64,000 nucleotides of DNA from Prochlorococcus sp. AG-679-M23 (lineage in GTDB: Bacteria; Cyanobacteriota; Cyanobacteriia; PCC-6307; Cyanobiaceae): assembly GCA_003208875.1 (NCBI GenBank), contig QCUR01000001.1:1-64000 (forward strand), read 5' to 3'. Both the position numbers and the translations under genes were made by a program. Shown here in pieces: positions 51,331-59,698 of this stretch. The number at the start of each line of letters is the position of its first letter. Positions within the stretch are counted from its first letter, which is position 1. Below the pieces are notes generated by a model. That model was given only the letters and a program-made list of their open reading frames with translations, was not told the DNA's origin and ran no database searches.

Positions 51331-52569
51331 TTGATTCAGCTTGAGACTAATTGGTCATTTGTGAGCGATGGTGAAGAAAAACCTGATGGTTTTTCTTTCG
51401 CAGGGATTGCTGCGGGATTAAAGAATTCGAATAAGAAAGACTTGGCTTTAATATTAGCCCCAGAGAATAGCATTTGTAGTGGCTTGTTTACACAATCAAT
51501 AGTTCGAGCATCCTGTGTAGATATTTGTGAACAAAGGATTAAAAAGTCTTCAGGTCTTATAAGAGCAATATTAATAAACTCTGGACAAGCAAATGCCTGT
51601 ACAGGTGATTATGGTATTCAACATACTTTGTGTGCTACGAAGGAGGTCTCACAATTATTAGGAATAAATGAAGAAGAAGTTTTAATGTGCTCAACGGGTG
51701 TAATTGGTATACCCATTCAAATAAAAAATTTAATTGATAATTTACCTAAATTAGTCAAGGAGTTAAAAACAAATAGTTTTCAGAATGCTGCAGAAGCTAT
51801 TTTAACTACTGATTTAGTTGACAAAAAAATAACTATAGAAACATTTATTGAAGGGAGAAAGGTAAAGATATCTGGTTTTGCAAAAGGATCAGGAATGATT
51901 TATCCAAATATGGCTACTATGTTGGCTTTTGTTACATGTGATGTTGGTGTTGATAAAGAACTTTGGGACAAGATGATTTCTATTGCTGTTAAAAAGTCTT
52001 TTAACGCTATTTCGGTGGATGGAGAGACAAGTACTAATGATGCCTTTATAGGAATAAATTCAGGGAAAAAAATTGATAAGAAATTTTTATCAAAGATTCA
52101 AACAGGTATCGATATTGTATGCCAAAGTTTGGCAAAAAATATCGCTAGAGATGGAGAAGGCGCAAATTGCTTGCTAGAGGTTTTGGTTGAGGGAGCAAAG
52201 AATAATTCAGATGCAATTAAGATAGCTAAATCTATATGTAATTCTTCACTGGTAAAAACTGCAATTCATGGTTGTGATCCAAATTGGGGCAGAATTATTT
52301 CAGCTGCTGGTAACTCTGGAATTGATTTTAAATTAGATGTCGTTGATTTATATATTGGAGACTTTCAGATTTTGGAAAAGGGTAAGTTAAATAAATATGA
52401 TTCCAAAAAAGTTGCCAATTACATAAGTACAAAAATGAATGGTAAATATTTAGTTGAGGATATAGTACGTATAGCTCTTAATCTTAATTCTGGTTCAGAA
52501 AAAGGAACTGCTTGGGGTTGTGATTTGTCTAAAAAGTACGTTGAAATAAATAGCGAGTATACGACCTAA
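51331..52569 (+). CDS. argJ: Ornithine acetyltransferase / N-acetylglutamate synthase
   Basis: NSGQANACTG, KGSGMIYPNMATML, DGEGA and YVEINSEYTT motifs. Confidence 0.96.
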   Translation: MIQLETNWSFVSDGEEKPDGFSFAGIAAGLKNSNKKDLALILAPENSICSGLFTQSIVRASCVDICEQRIKKSSGLIRAILINSGQANACTGDYGIQHTLCATKEVSQLLGINEEEVLMCSTGVIGIPIQIKNLIDNLPKLVKELKTNSFQNAAEAILTTDLVDKKITIETFIEGRKVKISGFAKGSGMIYPNMATMLAFVTCDVGVDKELWDKMISIAVKKSFNAISVDGETSTNDAFIGINSGKKIDKKFLSKIQTGIDIVCQSLAKNIARDGEGANCLLEVLVEGAKNNSDAIKIAKSICNSSLVKTAIHGCDPNWGRIISAAGNSGIDFKLDVVDLYIGDFQILEKGKLNKYDSKKVANYISTKMNGKYLVEDIVRIALNLNSGSEKGTAWGCDLSKKYVEINSEYTT

Positions 52570-54279
52570 CCCCAAATCCCCTCTGGCACAGTTGATTACA
52601 GAGATATCATAAAGCAGATACCACTAAAATACCACTAAATTTTCATCTATCAATATTTAAAGTTATTTTTTCTGAGGTCTCTATTTAGTGAATTGAAATC
52701 AGTTTTATTTGATGCCAAATCCTTTGACTGCACACTTCCTAGTGCGACTTTCTCTAATCTTTCTAATCTTGCTAAAAGTTGTTTGTTTGTTTCTTCAAGA
52801 GAAATAATTTGTGTCTCAAATTCTTTTTTCTCCTTCATACTAATAAGCGTAGGTTTTACTGGTTTGCCTAATTGCCAGATAAATCCTGCTCTAGCAGAAA
52901 ACTGATCTTCAAAATCACCTGGATAATCTTGACCAGGCATTGTCATTGAAGCAGCGTAATTAATTGATAGTTTTTCATTAACTTTTGAAGCGCAACCTCC
53001 AGAAAAAGCAAAATCTCCTCCATGTGTTCCTGTTCCAAAACCACATGCAAGAGTTGTATCAGTAGGAACTGTTGGTAAACCTGTTAAAGCAGCACTCAAT
53101 GCTCCAACATTATTGATTGATTGTTCTACATCTCTACCATTTATTAATAATTTAGTTCCATTTGTATAGTCAATAGGAATTGGATTTCCTGCAGCATCTT
53201 TTGCATAAACTTTTTGTCTACCATTCTCCTCTTTTGTAATCCAAGAGTTTTCACCTATATGAAGTTCATTCCCTACATATTTAACAAGACTTTTACCGGT
53301 TGACCCTCCCTGACTTATTCCATCATTATCAATTCTAAGTAATTCATCAGTTCCTTCTCCTCCCAATGAAACGAATTTCGTATCTGAGGAATCATCACAG
53401 TCACTGTCTGTTGAGTCACATTTTTTCTCAATAGTATCGTTTAATTTCTGTATCACACCCATATTGATTGGAGTTGCCCCGCTTGGTAATCCTGTTACAT
53501 CAATGTATCCTTCAAATGCGTTTGTATCGATATCATATTTCCGATATCTTTTTCCTTGACCGCCCCCACGATCCCCTTCAAGAAAATAAATTTTTCCATT
53601 ACGCTCATCAACAGTAAAGTCATTAGATGTGAAATTATTAGTACTCACATCTGGAAATATATCTTGTTTTAGTAAAGTTACTGCACCATTTGAAGAAAGT
53701 TTATATAAATTTGAAGTTGAATCTCCTCCATCATTTACTTTAGTAGGATCTTCAGCAACGAAGAATCCTAAATCAGTGGTATTTGTGGAAACTTCACCTG
53801 CTAATGAAGTAAAAGGCGATAAAAGTAATGTAGAAGTAAAAAGAGAACTAACAAGTTTTTTTGAAAAGTTTTTCATGAGACACAACTTTTTTAAAAAGTG
53901 ATATTGACTTATTAATAATTTAAGTGTAAATACTTAATGATTTAACTATTGCTTAATATTTGTTATTTTTCCAGAAAAATAACTTTTTATGTTCTTACAT
54001 AAGATATTTAATAATTATCAAATTGAGGCAGAAAAAAGTTAAATTAAATAGCAAGTTAATCTTTTAATTAATACTTAAAAAATAAATACTAAACTTAAAA
54101 AATATTTTTAATTGAAACTTTCCATACCGGTTTTATAACACCTATGTAGTGGTATCAATGGATTTCACTTGTAAAAAAAGTTTTGTACCACTAAGATACC
54201 ACCAAATTTCCGAGTAAAAACCTTGTCATAGCAATGCTTTTCAAGGTTGGTTGAAATCAATAGCGAATACACTACTTAA
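52540..54279. mobile_element. Small island integrated at the argJ 3' end
   Basis: 30-bp direct repeat at 52540-52569 and 54250-54279, both encoding VEINSEYTT*. Internal 11-bp arm pairs at 52617-52638 and 54184-54205. Confidence 0.85.
52650..53876 (-). CDS. Secreted surface protein with a YadA-like anchor domain and C-terminal coiled coil
   Basis: Signal peptide; INNVGALSAALTGLP...CGFGTGTHGGDFAFSGG..VNEKLSINYA resembles a YadA anchor. Confidence 0.7.
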   Translation of the reverse strand: MKNFSKKLVSSLFTSTLLLSPFTSLAGEVSTNTTDLGFFVAEDPTKVNDGGDSTSNLYKLSSNGAVTLLKQDIFPDVSTNNFTSNDFTVDERNGKIYFLEGDRGGGQGKRYRKYDIDTNAFEGYIDVTGLPSGATPINMGVIQKLNDTIEKKCDSTDSDCDDSSDTKFVSLGGEGTDELLRIDNDGISQGGSTGKSLVKYVGNELHIGENSWITKEENGRQKVYAKDAAGNPIPIDYTNGTKLLINGRDVEQSINNVGALSAALTGLPTVPTDTTLACGFGTGTHGGDFAFSGGCASKVNEKLSINYAASMTMPGQDYPGDFEDQFSARAGFIWQLGKPVKPTLISMKEKKEFETQIISLEETNKQLLARLERLEKVALGSVQSKDLASNKTDFNSLNRDLRKNNFKY

Positions 54280-54514
54280 TTTTTAGCAGCTCAATTGGTA
54301 AATATTCGTTTATATAAAGAAAGAGGATTGAAATAGTTCCTATTACAGAACCAATAAAACTTCCAATAAAATAATTTAATATCTTGGGTTGTTTGATTTG
54401 TGAGTTTTCTCCATTTTCTATTTCAAAAGCAGGAGAATCAACTACTTTTAGGCGCTGATTAGTTGTTGGTTGTTTAAGTTGTTGGTGTCGGATGAGTGCT
54501 TCGAAATCAGGCAT
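54272..54514 (-). CDS. Small membrane protein downstream of the ParA-like gene
   Basis: MPDFEALIRH... with a C-terminal TM helix. Its stop codon overlaps the displaced argJ end. Confidence 0.55.
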   Translation of the reverse strand: MPDFEALIRHQQLKQPTTNQRLKVVDSPAFEIENGENSQIKQPKILNYFIGSFIGSVIGTISILFLYINEYLPIELLKIK

Positions 54515-55119
54515 GGAATTTGAGATGCAATAGAACAATAGGCAGACCAGCCCGTCATTCGACGAGGATCTGATCTTCCTAAATCGTCTACAGCTTCAAA
54601 TACTGCATTTCCAGAGGCTTCTGCTTTATCAAATGCTGAAAGTAAAGGAATAAATGTATCAAAAACGTGTAAACCGAAATTTTCTAACGCTCCCTTAGCT
54701 TGTTGAGCTGCTTTTTGTTGTCTAAAATCTACTTTTACAATTACAACTGCATGGTTAACTTTTAAAGTATTTAATAAGCTGGCTAATTCAACAGTTAATT
54801 CAACAGACCTCGCTTTTGCGGTTGTGGGTAGAATTACTAAATCTGATCCGTATGCAAGATGTTTAAGTTCTTCTGTATCACTGCTTGCTTGCCCATCTGT
54901 AATAACAATTTCCGAGGATCTTGAGGCTTTTGCGGCTGAACTAACTGGAAACACGGGAAATGGAAGGTTTCCTCTGGATGAGTAGGCTAATGCTGATCTG
55001 TTTTTATCAGCATCAACTATACATACCTTTTTGCCTTCAGAATGCCATACACTTGCAAGGTGAATACTTGTACAAGTTTTAGCAACCCCTCCTTTTTGAC
55101 CGCAAACAGTAATAAACAA
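54448..55119 (-). CDS. ParA/Soj/MinD-family ATPase
   Basis: Deviant Walker A GQKGGVAKT, plus IVDAD and VITDG. Confidence 0.88.
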   Translation of the reverse strand: MFITVCGQKGGVAKTCTSIHLASVWHSEGKKVCIVDADKNRSALAYSSRGNLPFPVFPVSSAAKASRSSEIVITDGQASSDTEELKHLAYGSDLVILPTTAKARSVELTVELASLLNTLKVNHAVVIVKVDFRQQKAAQQAKGALENFGLHVFDTFIPLLSAFDKAEASGNAVFEAVDDLGRSDPRRMTGWSAYCSIASQIPCLISKHSSDTNNLNNQQLISA

Positions 55120-55269
55120 TTTTTTACTAATATTTTCCTTACTTTGGAGAATAATTTCTTATTGTCAATAGGTAATTATTTGAAAAGTTTTAAAACTTAT
55201 ATTTCCTAAATACTCTTTTGTGGGATATAAAGTTTCGAGTAATCTTAAAAGTATGTTTAAAAACAGTAA

Positions 55270-56232
55270 GTGAAAAAAAGAATTGGATTAGGAACATGGT
55301 CTTGGGGAAATCAAGTTTTTTGGGACTATCAAATTAGTAATGATGATGATTTACGTGAGACTTATAAAGAAGCGTTAAAAAGAGGTTTTAACTTAATTGA
55401 TAGTGCAGATTCTTATGGAACTGGAAAACTTAATGGAAGAAGTGAAGAACTTTTAGGAAAATTTTTATTAGATACTCCTACTTTTCAAAAAAAACGAATT
55501 CAAATAGCAACAAAGCTTGCTCCTTATCCATGGAGATTTGGGAATAAAGGCTTCACTAAACCGTTTCTCAAAAGTTTAGAAAGATTAAATAATAAATTAG
55601 ATATAGTCCAAATACATTGGTCAACCGCAAAATATAATCCTTGGCAAGAATTACAATTATTAAATAATCTTTGCGATTTAATTGATCAAGGTTTTAATTT
55701 TCAAATTGGATTATCAAATATTGGACCCCAAAGATTAAAGAAAATAATTCAATACTTATCAAAAAGAGATAAAAAAGTTAAAAGTGTTCAAATTCAGTTT
55801 TCTTTATTGTCTCCAGATTTCCTAAAAAATATAAATGTAAAAAGAATTTGTGAAAATAATAATATTGATTTTTTAGCCTATAGTCCTTTATCTTTTGGAA
55901 TACTATGTATAGATCCTGAAAAAGATGAAGATAAGCAAAATTCTTTTCTACGAAGTTTGATTTTTAAAAACTATAAAAAATCAAGCATTGAATTAAGGAG
56001 ATGTCTTAAAAAAATTGCTGTTTCAAGATCAGTTTCACAAGCTCAAGTAGCAATCAATTGGTGTTGTTACCAAGGAGCCATACCTCTTGTAGGAATGAGA
56101 AAAAGGTCTCAAGTTATTGATATATCGAATGTTTTTAAATGGAACTTAAATCAAAAAGAATTTGGAATGCTTCAAGAAGCTTCTCAAAAGTGTTTGAAAA
56201 AGATGCCAAGTAATCCTTTTTCAAGCTTGTAA
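55270..56232 (+). CDS. Aldo/keto reductase
   Basis: IGLGTWSWG, DSADSYG, SEELLG, IATK, IGLSN and AYSPL motifs. Confidence 0.9.
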   Translation: MKKRIGLGTWSWGNQVFWDYQISNDDDLRETYKEALKRGFNLIDSADSYGTGKLNGRSEELLGKFLLDTPTFQKKRIQIATKLAPYPWRFGNKGFTKPFLKSLERLNNKLDIVQIHWSTAKYNPWQELQLLNNLCDLIDQGFNFQIGLSNIGPQRLKKIIQYLSKRDKKVKSVQIQFSLLSPDFLKNINVKRICENNNIDFLAYSPLSFGILCIDPEKDEDKQNSFLRSLIFKNYKKSSIELRRCLKKIAVSRSVSQAQVAINWCCYQGAIPLVGMRKRSQVIDISNVFKWNLNQKEFGMLQEASQKCLKKMPSNPFSSL

Positions 56233-56250
56233 AAGAGAATAAAATAAATT

Positions 56251-56385
56251 TTATGCAGATATTTTTTTAAGATTTTTTATTTGATTATTGCTCCAAAGTT
56301 CTGCTGGAAAGTTCGAGCCTGTAAATCTTAAGACCTTAGGTTTTAAGTTTATTAATAAGTCATTGATGTTATTTTTTGTGCTCAT
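56251..56385 (-). CDS. Possible small protein (44 aa)
   Basis: Hand-translated MSTKNNINDLLINLKPKVLRFTGSNFPAELWSNNQIKNLKKISA*. Confidence 0.35.
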   Translation of the reverse strand: MSTKNNINDLLINLKPKVLRFTGSNFPAELWSNNQIKNLKKISA

Positions 56386-56539
56386 TTGTATTGAGAATTT
56401 TTAATACGTTAAAATATTTTTTTCGTAATCTTTTCAGTATTTATACTCATAAAATTCAAAAAATAATTTCTAATACATTCTTTTGAAGTAAATTTTACAA
56501 ATTAACAAATTATCTAATACCAAACTTGGTCAATTTAAA

Positions 56540-56800
56540 ATGGTGGAGCCCTTCCAGGCTCCTTGGATCACTTGGTTGATAAGGCTGATATCACCCCATC
56601 TCCTTTGAGATCAAGCAGCAACTGGTGCTGTTTGACGGGAGAAACTAACGATTTTGTTAGCGTTTGTGTTTTTGCTCTAACCGAGCAGGCTTCAGTCATC
56701 TTCCTTACGCCCCGTCGAAACCATTACAACCCCAAAAGGAAATGGAGTTGAGCGGAATCGAACCGCTGTCCGAAACATCGGTTGAGATCACCTAGTCCAA
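56540..56800 (-). ncRNA. ssrA: tmRNA, circularly permuted two-piece form
   Basis: The piece ending GGTTCGATTCCGCTCAACTCCA (CCA at 56743) precedes the piece starting GGGGTTGTAATGGTTTCGAC (56733). Tag ANKIVSFSRQTAPVAA* at 56661-56611. Outer ends are approximate. Confidence 0.93.
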
Positions 56801-56870
56801 TTGGACATTTATATTCTGGCAGGCAAAATGAGTATTGAATAGTTATTTCATTAATTTTTTAAATATATAT

Positions 56871-57995
56871 ATGTATGTAATTGCATCATCACCTGAAGGT
56901 TTAGAAAAATATTTAGCAAGTGAAATTATTGATTTGGGTGGATTTAATATTAATACCTATAAAAGATCAGTTTCTTTTGAATGTGATTATGCCACTTTTT
57001 ATAGAATTCATTTTTTTTCAAGAGTTGCGTTTCGTTTTTATAGAGAAGTTGCACGTTTTGCATGCTCCGACAGGCTTTCTTTATATGAGGGAGTTAGAGA
57101 TTCATTTGACTGGTTAAAATGGTTACCTTCTGAAAAAACATTCAATGTTCAAGTAACCGGCAGAACTTCATCGTTAAGTCATTCTCATTTCACGGCTCTC
57201 GAGGTTAAAAATTCAATTACAGATCTCCAAAAATCTGTTTGGAATAAAAGATCTAATATTTCTTTAGATAATCCTGATTTGATAGTTCATTTACATTTAA
57301 ATAATGATCGTGGGGTTCTCAGTCTGCAGAGCACTTTTGAAAGTCTTCATAAAAGAGGCTACAGACCTGCTATTGGAGATGCTCCCCTTAAAGAAAATTT
57401 AGCTTCTGGTTTATTAAAAATGACTGAATGGAAAGGAACTAAACCTTTGGTTGATCTTATGTGTGGTTCGGGAACCTTTTTAATAGAGGCTATTAATCAA
57501 ATCCTTGAAGTTCCACTTAAATCTCAACAATTTTATCTTTTCGAAAATTGGCTCGATTTTAATAAAAATATTTATCTAGAAGAGAAAAGTAAGGCTCAGA
57601 AAAAAGTTATTGCCTTTGAGAAATTATCACAAATTATTGGTTGTGAGATTAATAAAGATGTTTTTGATCAAGCAAAAGTCAACATAAAACTAGCAGGACT
57701 TGAAAATTATATTCAATTACAAAATGATGATTTTAAAAATATTCAATTTAAATCTTCAGAAGGATTAGTTTTATGTAATCCACCTTATGGAAAAAAACTA
57801 GGTGATGAAAACGAATTAATTACTTTATATGAGGATATGGGTGAATTTTTGAAGAGAAATTTTTCTGGTTGGGAATTCTGGTTACTAAGTGGGAATCCAA
57901 AACTTACAAGATATTTAAAAATGAAATCTTCTTTAAAAATACCGGTAAGCAATGGAGGTATTGATTGTAGATGGATTAAATATTTAATAAGATAA
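56871..57995 (+). CDS. THUMP-domain RNA methyltransferase (RlmL-like)
   Basis: SLHKRGYR, APLKENLA, DLMCGSGT and CNPPYG motifs. Confidence 0.9.
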   Translation: MYVIASSPEGLEKYLASEIIDLGGFNINTYKRSVSFECDYATFYRIHFFSRVAFRFYREVARFACSDRLSLYEGVRDSFDWLKWLPSEKTFNVQVTGRTSSLSHSHFTALEVKNSITDLQKSVWNKRSNISLDNPDLIVHLHLNNDRGVLSLQSTFESLHKRGYRPAIGDAPLKENLASGLLKMTEWKGTKPLVDLMCGSGTFLIEAINQILEVPLKSQQFYLFENWLDFNKNIYLEEKSKAQKKVIAFEKLSQIIGCEINKDVFDQAKVNIKLAGLENYIQLQNDDFKNIQFKSSEGLVLCNPPYGKKLGDENELITLYEDMGEFLKRNFSGWEFWLLSGNPKLTRYLKMKSSLKIPVSNGGIDCRWIKYLIR

Positions 57996-57996
57996 T

Positions 57997-58383
57997 TTAT
58001 TTTTTTCCTAATACTGCTTTTGTTGTTTTCCCCAACCCCTCTATTGTCTGGGGTAGATAAGGTCCTTTAGCTAGTTTTCCTCCAAGCTTTAAGCTTAAAC
58101 CTGCAAGAAATAAATCAACAAATATTATTAAAAGTAAATTATATTCTGTCGCCCAATTATTACTCTTACTAAGAGTGAGATAAAAAATAATATGAATACA
58201 AATTAAAACTAATAATAATAAAATTCCACCTATCGCAATAAATACTCCCCCACTTATTAATCTTCTCTTTTCTCTATCGACTTCTTGAAGTGCTATTCGG
58301 ACATGCAAATCCATTACAGAACTCGCGATTGCAGAGATTCTTGAAGCTGTATTGGCAAAGTTTTTGTTTTTAGGTTTATCCAT
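57997..58383 (-). CDS. Two-TM membrane protein (YqjE/holin-like superfamily)
   Basis: IALQEV followed by two TM helices; adjacent to an ElaB/YqjD-like gene. Confidence 0.7.
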   Translation of the reverse strand: MDKPKNKNFANTASRISAIASSVMDLHVRIALQEVDREKRRLISGGVFIAIGGILLLLVLICIHIIFYLTLSKSNNWATEYNLLLIIFVDLFLAGLSLKLGGKLAKGPYLPQTIEGLGKTTKAVLGKK

Positions 58384-58845
58384 TTATTTATTTCTACTAT
58401 TAATTAAACTACCTATAAATAATCCTATACCAGCAGCAATAGCAATAGATAAAATTGGTTTTTTTCTAATTGGGGTTTCTATTTTTGGCCTTAATGTACT
58501 GTTCAGTTCATCTAGTAACTCTTCTAATTGACTTTCGATTGGTGCTATTTTATCTGCAATTTCCCAATTATTTTCTTGAATTGAATCAATGATTTGAAAT
58601 AATTGATTTTTAATACCACTAGCAGATGATCCAGTATGGCTTGCTATTACTTCAACTAAATCATCAATACTCCCTTTTGCAGTCTCAAGAGTTTGTTGTG
58701 CAATATTAGGCCATTTTTCTTGTATTAACGGTATCAAACTATCGATTTTTTCACGCAACCATTTTTCTGATATACCTTCTTCCTTTGGCAGTGCAGAATC
58801 ATCAATTGTCTCTTTAACTTCTTTGGGAGGATGAAAAGCTTCCAT
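58384..58845 (-). CDS. ElaB/YqjD-like tail-anchored protein
   Basis: C-terminal IRKKPILSIAIAAGIGLFIG motif. Confidence 0.75.
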   Translation of the reverse strand: MEAFHPPKEVKETIDDSALPKEEGISEKWLREKIDSLIPLIQEKWPNIAQQTLETAKGSIDDLVEVIASHTGSSASGIKNQLFQIIDSIQENNWEIADKIAPIESQLEELLDELNSTLRPKIETPIRKKPILSIAIAAGIGLFIGSLINSRNK

Positions 58846-59034
58846 TAATCCACCAGCATTTCTTTTAGAGTAGTTCGTATTTTCTTAATTTGAAACCCTT
58901 CTATTTAGATTTGTTTTTAATAAAAAATTATCGACATATAAAATTTTATTTACATTTCATTTATCTCCCCTGTTCTGTAATAAGGTTTTGTTAAGCTATT
59001 ACTGACTTTATTAAATTAAGTTTTTTATTTCATC

Positions 59035-59172
59035 ATGGATATCACATTTGCAGCAATTATTTTTGCATCCCGTACAATTCCAACTGATTTTGGATTGGTA
59101 GCAGCAGCTATTGCAGGAGCTGGAAGTTTGCTATTTATTGCTTTGAGATTTGTTCCTGATGCGGGTAACTAG
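59035..59172 (+). CDS. Small membrane protein (45 aa)
   Basis: Hand-translated MDITFAAIIFASRTIPTDFGLVAAAIAGAGSLLFIALRFVPDAGN*. Confidence 0.6.
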   Translation: MDITFAAIIFASRTIPTDFGLVAAAIAGAGSLLFIALRFVPDAGN

Positions 59173-59259
59173 GTTTTTCCTTTTTTAAGATGCGCTAACT
59201 TGTTAGCTCATCTTAATGATTGATTATTTATATAAAATAATTTATTGATGTACTAGATA

Positions 59260-59622
59260 ATGAATCGATGGGTTTTACTCGAACATAAGATCCTAGGTAG
59301 TAAATTAATTGATATTCACTATGATTTTCTTGTTGAAGATCAATTAGATTGTTTAACTTGGAAATTTCACGAAATTCCATCACTAAATAAGGGTGTTGTT
59401 AAAATAGTAAAACAACCAAATCATAGATTGGTGTGGCTTTCTAGGGTTGAATATCAACTTTCTAATGATAGAGGTTTAGTAAAAAGAATTGATCATGGAA
59501 TTTTCTCTTTTATTTCTCATAATCAAGACTCTCAAAAATTAAAAATTATATTGAATGGTAAATTGTTAAACGGTTTGTTCATAATTGATGGAAATTTTTG
59601 TCAATTAACGAAAAATAATTAA
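59260..59622 (+). CDS. Hypothetical protein, LigD phosphoesterase-like
   Basis: WVLLEH, HYDFLVE, LTW, H..WL and IDHG pattern. Confidence 0.6.
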   Translation: MNRWVLLEHKILGSKLIDIHYDFLVEDQLDCLTWKFHEIPSLNKGVVKIVKQPNHRLVWLSRVEYQLSNDRGLVKRIDHGIFSFISHNQDSQKLKIILNGKLLNGLFIIDGNFCQLTKNN

Positions 59623-59698
59623 TTTGTTTTTAGAAATAATCTTAATAATTCTCTTGAGATTTTTTGAAAAGTAGCTATTCTTACTTAGCTATTGTGAC

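Noticed and set aside
56563..56751. 62-aa plus-strand ORF
   Set aside because: It is antisense to the tmRNA gene and likely spurious.
57997..58383. Holin-like protein as evidence of a phage
   Set aside because: It is paired with an ElaB/YqjD-like gene in a housekeeping context, with no endolysin or other phage genes.
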